Notes under the pieces: generated by a model
Databases searched by the model: none
Told to the model about the DNA's origin: nothing
The model's input: the letters and a program-made list of their open reading frames with translations, nothing else
Program-made: the position numbers and the translations under genes
In this document: piece after piece, positions 58,071 to 64,000 of the stretch
Numbering within the stretch: position 1 is the first letter of the stretch
Layout: every line of letters starts with the position of its first letter
Origin: Chloroflexota bacterium
GTDB lineage: Bacteria; Chloroflexota; Dehalococcoidia; Lucifugimonadales; GCA-002723415
Assembly (NCBI GenBank): GCA_002721445.1
Contig: PBKN01000009.1
Coordinates: 16,242-80,241, forward strand
DNA length: 64,000 bases
Direction of reading: 5' to 3'

Positions 58071-59318
58071 ATGAATAACTTAGAGAAAACTGACCCTCAT
58101 ATAAATATAGCAATCAAAAAAGAAATACAACGCCAAGAACAAAACATAAATCTAATCGCATCTGAAAATTTCGTTAGTAAAGCTGTAAGAGAAGCTCAAA
58201 GTTCAGTTATGACAAACAAATATGCAGAAGGCTATCCCGGGAAAAGGTATTATGGAGGATGTGAATTCGTAGATGAAGTAGAAACTTTAGCAATTAATCG
58301 ATTAAAAGACTTGTTTAATGCTGAACATGCAAACGTTCAACCACATAGTGGAGCACAAGCAAATATGGCTGCTTATTTTGCAGTTTTAAAACCTGGAGAT
58401 ACTGTACTTGGAATGGATTTAGCTCACGGCGGTCATTTAACTCATGGAAGTAAAGTTAACTTTTCATCCAAACTATATAATTTTATCTCATACAAAGTGA
58501 AACAAGATACGGAATTAATTGATTATGAGGAAGTTCTTAAATTATCTTTAGAACATAAACCAAAATTAATTGTAGCTGGCGCAACAGCTTATACAAGAAC
58601 AATAGATTTCGCCAAATTCAAAGAAATAGCAGACGAAATAAATGCTAAATTAATGGTAGACATGTCTCATATTTCAGGATTAATTGCAGCAAACCAACAC
58701 CCATCACCTGTAGAATATGCAGATATAGTAACTTCAACAACTCATAAAACTCTTAGAGGTCCAAGAGGAGGAATTATTCTATCAAAAGAAAATTTGAAAA
58801 AAAACATTGACAGAGCTGTGTTTCCTAACTCTCAAGGTGGACCAATGATGCATACAATAGCTGCTAAAGCTGTAGCATTTCAAGAAGCTAAATCTATAGA
58901 ATTTATTGAATATCAGAAATCAATTAAAAGTAATGCATCTAAACTTGCATCTGGACTAGATAAATCTGATTTAAGACTAGTATCAGGAGGAACAGATAAT
59001 CATATGATATTAATTGATTTAAGTCCTTTAAATATTACCGGAAAAGATGCAGAAGATATATTAAGTGAAGTAAATATTGTAGTTAATAGAAATGCAATAC
59101 CTTTTGATTCTAACCCTCCAAGTATAGCAAGTGGATTAAGACTTGGGACACCTTCAATTACAACACGAGGATTTGATGAGAGAGGAATAGATAAACTGTC
59201 TCATTTAATTATCGAAGTTCTTACAAATTATCAAGATGTAAATTTGAAAAATAAAATAAAAAATGATGTATTAGAACTAACTAAAAGTTTCTCCTTAATT
59301 AACACTGATTTTCTTTAA
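58071..59318 (+). CDS. glyA: serine hydroxymethyltransferase
   Basis: [36 protein letters not shown]. Confidence 0.92.
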   Translation: MNNLEKTDPHINIAIKKEIQRQEQNINLIASENFVSKAVREAQSSVMTNKYAEGYPGKRYYGGCEFVDEVETLAINRLKDLFNAEHANVQPHSGAQANMAAYFAVLKPGDTVLGMDLAHGGHLTHGSKVNFSSKLYNFISYKVKQDTELIDYEEVLKLSLEHKPKLIVAGATAYTRTIDFAKFKEIADEINAKLMVDMSHISGLIAANQHPSPVEYADIVTSTTHKTLRGPRGGIILSKENLKKNIDRAVFPNSQGGPMMHTIAAKAVAFQEAKSIEFIEYQKSIKSNASKLASGLDKSDLRLVSGGTDNHMILIDLSPLNITGKDAEDILSEVNIVVNRNAIPFDSNPPSIASGLRLGTPSITTRGFDERGIDKLSHLIIEVLTNYQDVNLKNKIKNDVLELTKSFSLINTDFL

Positions 59319-59379
59319 TTAATAAAACTAATATAATTTTAATAATTAAAATAAATAAATTCTCTAAAAGATAAAATAT

Positions 59380-60096
59380 TTATTGACTATTAAAATTAGT
59401 TAAAGCTTTATTAGCCGCATCAAATTCTGCTAAAGATATTTTATTAGCTTTACCTATTCCATAAGATTTAAGATTCTGTTTCTTAAAGCCTATTTTAACC
59501 TCTACAATAAATATTTTATCTTTGCCTTTATCAATAACCTCTAACAAATCATATATTGGAGATAAATAACCTTTTTGTTGAACTAATTCTTGTAAGGTTG
59601 ATTTTGAATCTTTAAATTCAGATAATTTAAGAACATTTTTAATTTCATTACTAAAAGTTTTAATTAAAAAATCATACGTAAAATTAAAACCTTGATCAAG
59701 ATATATTGCGCCTACAATTGCTTCAAACGCATCTGATAAATTAGAATCTTTTTCTCTTCCTAAGGATTTTTCTTCACCTATCCCAATATATAAGAAAAAA
59801 CCTAACTTGAAAGACTTAGCGAGTTTTGCTAATGTCGATTTTCTTGCTAAGGCTGATCTAAATAATGTAAGATCCCCTTGATCATAAATAAAAAAGTTTT
59901 TGTATCCATAGTCAGCTAAGACCAATCCTATTAATGCATCTCCTAGAAATTCTAATCTTTCGTTAGAATCGCTATGAATTAAAGGATTTTCATTAATATA
60001 TGAAGAATGAACAAGAGCTAAATCTAATAGATCTTCGTTCATAAAATTTACACCCAAATTATTTTGTAAAATTTTCAGATTTTCTTTTTTTGACAT
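59380..60096 (-). CDS. rnc: ribonuclease III
   Basis: NERLEFLGDA signature and a C-terminal dsRBD. Confidence 0.88.
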   Translation of the reverse strand: MSKKENLKILQNNLGVNFMNEDLLDLALVHSSYINENPLIHSDSNERLEFLGDALIGLVLADYGYKNFFIYDQGDLTLFRSALARKSTLAKLAKSFKLGFFLYIGIGEEKSLGREKDSNLSDAFEAIVGAIYLDQGFNFTYDFLIKTFSNEIKNVLKLSEFKDSKSTLQELVQQKGYLSPIYDLLEVIDKGKDKIFIVEVKIGFKKQNLKSYGIGKANKISLAEFDAANKALTNFNSQ

Positions 60097-60102
60097 AAGT
60101 AT

Positions 60103-60732
60103 TTACTTTTTAATACCTTTAGGCCAGGGTGGTTGTGGACGTTTTAATTCTCCAATAAATGGCATATCTCTGAAAATCTTAACTATATATTCAAAAAAAA
60201 TAATATAATCATCTTTATCCTTGGGGATAAATGTTTTAATAAACACTGCCTGCTCGTTATCAAAAACCAAAGTGGGAGTCCCAAATACACCATACTTTTG
60301 GACACCTTCCTGATGATCTTTTTTAACATTAATTATTAATTGAGGGTTATTAAAATCATCAATAAATTTATTTCTATCTAATCCAACATCAACTGCTAAA
60401 TCAAGAAATTTATTAAAATCATTTAATGGAAACCTAGGTGACATGTTATTTCTAGCATGAAGTACTGCGTAATGAAATCGTTCAAATAAATTTTGACCTT
60501 GTAATTTTGCTGATTCAGCACATACTGCAGATAATAAAGATCTAGTTTTTGATAAATCTTTACTTTCGATTTCAAAGATCGAAGAATCTTCCATTTTAGC
60601 TTCTTCAAGCTGAAAATGACGCCATTCAAATATCAATTGATCATTCTTTATATTTTTTACTTCTTGCAACCAAACTGTTGCGTTATATACGAAAGGTCAA
60701 GAATAATCATAATATATTATAAACTTGTCCAT
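60103..60732 (-). CDS. DsbA/kappa-GST-like thioredoxin-fold selenoprotein (TGA at 60697..60699 read as Sec)
   Basis: Hand translation upstream of the track's TTG start: MDKFIIYYDYS-TGA-PFVYNATVW-LQEVKN.... The TGA occupies the catalytic C/S-P position of the (F/Y)xD(x)xx[C/S]P(F/W/Y) motif. The C-terminal GVFGTPTLVF is the cis-Pro loop. GAAGG lies 7 nt before ATG 60732. Confidence 0.6.
60666..60681 (-). promoter_or_regulatory. candidate SECIS hairpin for the DsbA-like gene
   Basis: mRNA GCAAC-[AGUUUG]-GUUGC. The 5-bp stem starts 16 nt after UGA and the loop starts 21 nt after UGA. The stem is short, so this needs folding and covariation support. Confidence 0.35.
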
Positions 60733-60916
60733 AAAATTACCTTCAATTTAATTAAGTTAATAATTATTTAATAAAATTATACAATATAAAAGTTAAAGTA
60801 AATATTAGACTTTTCTTATATTTATAAAAAAATAGACCTAATTCTACTTTTAATTACTAAATTTCACATGCTAGCATAATACAAATAATATTATTTAAAT
60901 TTAAAGTCCAATTATT

Positions 60917-61477
60917 ATGCAACTTAAAATAACTGGTGGCACATATAAAGGAAAGAGATTAAAAACAAATAAAAATGCACAATTAAGACCAACAACAGAA
61001 AAAACAAGATTAGCAATTTTTTCAATACTAGGTAAAGATTTTTTTAAAGAAATTAAGGTATTAGAATTATATGCTGGGACTGGTATTTTTGGAATTGAAT
61101 CCTTAAGCAGAGGTGCAAGCTGGGTAGACATGGTAGAAATCAATCCTAAAACATTTAAAGAAATCAAAAACAATCTATCAGATTTGATGTTAGAAAATAA
61201 ATCAAATGTAAAGCTAGGAGATTCAATCAAATCGTTAAAATATTTTGATAATAAATACAAATTAATTTTTGCTGACCCACCTTATAATTCATTTGAACCA
61301 AAAGAATTAATTGAAAACATAAATAATCAAAATATTTTAGATACAAATGGATTATTAATAATAGAACATAAAAATCAATTAAAAATTGAAACTAAATACA
61401 ATCAGATGAAATGTATATCAAAAAGAAAATATGGAGATTCTGCTATTTCTATATTTAAAAAGGAGAATAATGGCTAA
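60917..61477 (+). CDS. rsmD: 16S rRNA (guanine966-N2)-methyltransferase
   Basis: G.....L.....LRPT..K.R.AIF, LELYAGTG, FADPPY. Confidence 0.8.
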   Translation: MQLKITGGTYKGKRLKTNKNAQLRPTTEKTRLAIFSILGKDFFKEIKVLELYAGTGIFGIESLSRGASWVDMVEINPKTFKEIKNNLSDLMLENKSNVKLGDSIKSLKYFDNKYKLIFADPPYNSFEPKELIENINNQNILDTNGLLIIEHKNQLKIETKYNQMKCISKRKYGDSAISIFKKENNG

Positions 61478-61949
61478 AGCTATATATCCTGGAAGTTTCG
61501 ATCCTGTACATAATGGACATTTAGATATTGCTATAAGAGCTTCAAAGTTATTTGAAAAATTAACAGTTGCCGTCTATGATAAGCCTTTGAAAAATCTAAT
61601 GTTTAATACAGATCAAAGAATAGATATGTTCGCCAAATCTGTATTAAATTATAAAAATATTGAAGTAGTACCTTTTACAGAACTAGCACCTGATTTTGCT
61701 CGGAAAAAAAAAGCTGAATTTATAATTAGAGGATTAAGAGCCGGTTTTGACTTTGAACAAGAATTTGAAATGGCTTTAATGTGGCGTAATTTGGCTCCAG
61801 ACATAGATGTAGTCTGCATGATGAGTTCTTTATCCTACCAATTTTTATTTTCAAGTAGAATAAAAGAAGTAGCCAAACTTGGAGGAAAAATTGATAATTT
61901 GGTACCTGAATTAGTTTTAAAAAATATAAATAAAAAAATAAACAATTGA
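61470..61949 (+). CDS. coaD: phosphopantetheine adenylyltransferase
   Basis: AIYPGSFDPVHNGHLDI. AGGAG before ATG 61470. Overlaps the rsmD end by 8 nt. Confidence 0.9.
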   Translation: MAKAIYPGSFDPVHNGHLDIAIRASKLFEKLTVAVYDKPLKNLMFNTDQRIDMFAKSVLNYKNIEVVPFTELAPDFARKKKAEFIIRGLRAGFDFEQEFEMALMWRNLAPDIDVVCMMSSLSYQFLFSSRIKEVAKLGGKIDNLVPELVLKNINKKINN

Positions 61950-61970
61950 AATAATTAATCGGAGGTAAAA

Positions 61971-62564
61971 ATGAATATTCCACAAATTAGCGTAGAACTA
62001 GAAGGTTTAATTGAAAATGGCATGAGAGTCCCTGGATTCAGAAAAAAAGTTCTTATAGATATTGAAAAACTAACTATGCTTGCAGAAGCTGTACAAGCAG
62101 CAGTACCAGCTAATATTCAAGAAGCTGAAGAAGTACTAAGACAGAAAGATAGTATTATAAATCAAGCGTATTTAGAAGCTCAAAGAATAAAGACATCTGC
62201 TGAACAAGAATCAAGAGACATAATAAAAGAATCAAAAACAGAGCATGAACAAAGGGTTCAAGAAACTCAAGTATTAAAGACTGCAAAAGTAGAATCTGAA
62301 CAAATAATAAATGATTCAGTTGCTGAGAGTAATAAAATGAAGCAAGATGCACAAAAGAAATTGTATGATATGCAATTAGATGCAGAATCAATAGCTAATA
62401 GCACAAGAGACGGTGCAGATGCATATGCTAGAGAAGTATTATGTAATTTAGAAGAACAACTTGCAGAATCACTAGGTAGAATTAGAAGAGGAATTGATGC
62501 TCTTCATTCAAGAAATGATAAAAGAACAGTTTCTGAAGAAGAAGAAGAAGTAATAACTGCTTAA
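61971..62564 (+). CDS. hypothetical coiled-coil protein (ATP-synthase-b/V-ATPase-G/H-like heptads)
   Basis: 197 aa, E/Q/K/A-rich helical repeat, acidic tail EEEEEV. GGAGG SD. Confidence 0.5.
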   Translation: MNIPQISVELEGLIENGMRVPGFRKKVLIDIEKLTMLAEAVQAAVPANIQEAEEVLRQKDSIINQAYLEAQRIKTSAEQESRDIIKESKTEHEQRVQETQVLKTAKVESEQIINDSVAESNKMKQDAQKKLYDMQLDAESIANSTRDGADAYAREVLCNLEEQLAESLGRIRRGIDALHSRNDKRTVSEEEEEVITA

Positions 62565-63418
62565 CGTTTAATAGTTCTATTAATTAATTCATGAAGATTA
62601 ATTAAGGCAAATGAATTGTCTTGAAGGTTAAATCCGTCAACTTTATTTATGTTTTTAGCAGAAAACCCATCTACTGCACCTAAATCTACTAAGGTGTTAA
62701 TTAATTTTATTTCTTCCTCAATAGAAATAAGTAGGTTTTCACCTACTATATTTGATAAAGCGGCAACAAGTCCATAACCGCCCCAATTCGATACGCTAGC
62801 AATGATTGAAAATGTAGTTTTAGTTATAGATGGATATCTAACTAATGATGAAGTTTCAACTATTTTTTCAATAAAATCACCCATTCCAATTTCATTCCCT
62901 CCATCACCTATTCCTACTGAGTTTATTTTATTTGAAAATAAATAATCAATTTTTGCATTATAATTTGAAAAATCAACTCCATGCATATTTCTATACGAAA
63001 AAGTTTCATCGAATCCACATCTTTCTATAGAAATAATAAGCTGAGGTTTATATTTGTTAATAATGTTCATTGCAAAATTCTTACTAGATAAATCTTCTTC
63101 AATAGGAAACTCAACTATAAGCGCATTATTTTTTTTCATAGCAGACAAATATTTAACAGTATATTTATCTGATACATATATTACTGTATAGCCTAATTGA
63201 TCTAATGCATTACCAATAGCTATTGCACCAGGTGGGCCATCAGTTTCGCTAGCCCTTGCTTTTGCAATATAAAATCCAGTAGTAATCATTACTACCCCTT
63301 TATTTTTTAAAACAAATTTAGCAGCTTGTTTACAATAATCTTTTGATAAGTTATCTCTTAAATTAGATATACCTCTTCCATCTTTTGATAATATTATATC
63401 TTCAATAGTATTCAACAT
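62561..63418 (-). CDS. DUF4392 (D-glutamate cyclase C-terminal-domain-like) protein
   Basis: SETDGPPGAIAIGNAL and IGDGGNEIGMG motifs. Its stop codon overlaps the stop of the convergent gene (TTAA). Confidence 0.6.
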   Translation of the reverse strand: MLNTIEDIILSKDGRGISNLRDNLSKDYCKQAAKFVLKNKGVVMITTGFYIAKARASETDGPPGAIAIGNALDQLGYTVIYVSDKYTVKYLSAMKKNNALIVEFPIEEDLSSKNFAMNIINKYKPQLIISIERCGFDETFSYRNMHGVDFSNYNAKIDYLFSNKINSVGIGDGGNEIGMGDFIEKIVETSSLVRYPSITKTTFSIIASVSNWGGYGLVAALSNIVGENLLISIEEEIKLINTLVDLGAVDGFSAKNINKVDGFNLQDNSFALINLHELINRTIKR

Positions 63419-63419
63419 A

Positions 63420-64000
63420 TTAAATTACCGCAACTTCATGATTTTTAATATCAGTAACAAACATATGCCCTGGGGAATGGGTAATCATCAGTGAAGGTTT
63501 TGATTTCATAGCAACTGCTTGTGGGGTAACTCCACAAGCCCAAAATACAGGAACTTCACCTTCTTTAATTATATTAACATCACCAAAATCTGGATTACTA
63601 ATGTCATTTATACCAATCAATTCTGGATCCCCAATATGAATTGGAGCTCCATGAACATTTGGGAACCTAGATGTAACTTGGATTGTTTTAACTAATTTAT
63701 CTCTAGGTATTGATCGCATAGATACAACCGTAGGTCCAGAAAAAATACCAGCAGGAGTAGTTTCAATATTAGTGATAAACATAGAAACATTTTTATTATT
63801 TTCAAAATGAGATAAATTAATTCCTGATTCGATTAATGCTTCTTCAAATGAAAAACTACATCCAAATAAAAAAGTCACTAAGTCATCTCTCCATATATCA
63901 GAAATATTTTCTACTTCTTTTGACAAAATGCCATTTTTATAAATTCTATATTGAGGAACATCAAATCTTATATCAGCATTCGGTGCTGATTTAATTGGTT
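63420..64000 (-). CDS. DUF1445/UPF0317 putative hydro-lyase (D-glutamate cyclase-like), 5' partial
   Basis: The frame stays open upstream of the track's TTG to the window edge (…DVPQYRIYKNGILSKEVENISDIWRDDLVTFLFGCSFSFEEAL…). Also FPNVHGAPIHIGDP and WACGVTPQ. Confidence 0.65.
   Translation of the reverse strand, partial: PIKSAPNADIRFDVPQYRIYKNGILSKEVENISDIWRDDLVTFLFGCSFSFEEALIESGINLSHFENNKNVSMFITNIETTPAGIFSGPTVVSMRSIPRDKLVKTIQVTSRFPNVHGAPIHIGDPELIGINDISNPDFGDVNIIKEGEVPVFWACGVTPQAVAMKSKPSLMITHSPGHMFVTDIKNHEVAVI

Noticed and set aside
46324-60699. Alternative explanation for the two in-frame TGAs: a reassigned genetic code (UGA read as Trp or Gly), or pseudogenes.
   Set aside because: TGA terminates at least four well-supported genes at the expected protein ends (5171, 23120, 23964, 52785). 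Trp is encoded by TGG throughout. No other gene is fragmented by TGA. Both TGAs fall exactly on catalytic Cys-equivalent positions and are followed by hairpins. Pseudogenisation cannot be formally excluded without orthologues.
7485-62391. Scattered ORFs of 60-120 aa nested in AT-rich genes, antisense or in alternative frames. Examples: 7485..7682, 9379..9600, 9718..9981, 10526..10744, 10823..11032, 11996..12274, 14905..15090, 26213..26488, 28169..28426, 29121..29324, 30839..31138, 32070..32414, 38295..38594, 40089..40289, 47232..47594, 47604..47801, 48101..48313, 50062..50352, 55795..56013, 56775..57011, 57240..57422, 60423..60629, 60901..61260, 61726..61983 and 62155..62391.
   Set aside because: Each lies fully or largely inside a well-supported gene. 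Their composition is I/L/F/S/N-rich mirror-frame sequence. None has an SD or a recognisable motif.
1-64000. Scan for CRISPR arrays, transposases or IS ends, integrases, toxin-antitoxin pairs, restriction-modification or other recognisable defence systems, and rRNA or other structured RNAs.
   Set aside because: No regularly spaced repeats, no transposase or integrase motifs, and no defence-type domain combinations are seen in any of the called ORFs. The only GC-rich structured RNA-like patch outside CDS is the tRNA-Lys.

Overview
This is an AT-rich, gene-dense bacterial chromosomal window. Hand counts of typical 60-nt lines give about 20-30% G+C. I call about 68 CDS and one tRNA. I saw no rRNA, CRISPR array, transposase, integrase or phage genes. 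All product calls come from motif recognition in the supplied translations; no database search or RNA folding was possible.

Content:
- Housekeeping genes: thrS-infC-rpmI-rplT, eno, gap, pdxST, tmk, glyA, folE, rnc, rsmD-coaD, msrA, ald, nhaA, phr.
- A complete Bacillus-style ctaA-B-C-D-E-F-G plus SCO1 haem-copper oxidase cluster at 26.0-33.6 kb.
- Several amidohydrolase and D-amino-acid-type enzymes.
- A thiol/cell-envelope group (MshA-like GT4, double GNAT).

Observations most worth a second look:
1. Two genes are truncated in the ORF track by a single in-frame TGA that sits at the redox-active Cys position. One is an Rdx/SelW-like protein with YCVP-TGA at 46114..46374. The other is a DsbA/kappa-GST-like protein with DYS-TGA-PF at 60103..60732. 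Each has a hairpin whose apical loop starts 21-22 nt after the TGA. TGA is an ordinary stop elsewhere, so these are probable selenoproteins.
2. A bacterial Vms1/ANKZF1-type (VLRF1-like) release-factor-fold protein at 6376..6984.
3. A compositionally foreign segment of about 7.6 kb (up to about 55% G+C in single lines) abuts the 3' end of tRNA-Lys(CUU). It carries a branched-chain-type ABC importer whose LivH and LivM permeases are fused through an AT-rich linker.
4. A co-directional trio: SelW-like gene, a tandem double family-III CoA-transferase (811 aa), and a GT-C glycosyltransferase with PA14 domains (947 aa).
5. Several intact genes have no ATG/GTG/TTG start: DEAD-box helicase (CTG with a good SD), SCO1 (ATT/ATA), infC (ATC/ATA) and possibly the VLRF1-like gene.

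Taxonomy cannot be resolved here. MshA/MshD-like genes and the VLRF1-like protein hint at a streamlined marine Actinomycetota or Chloroflexota lineage.
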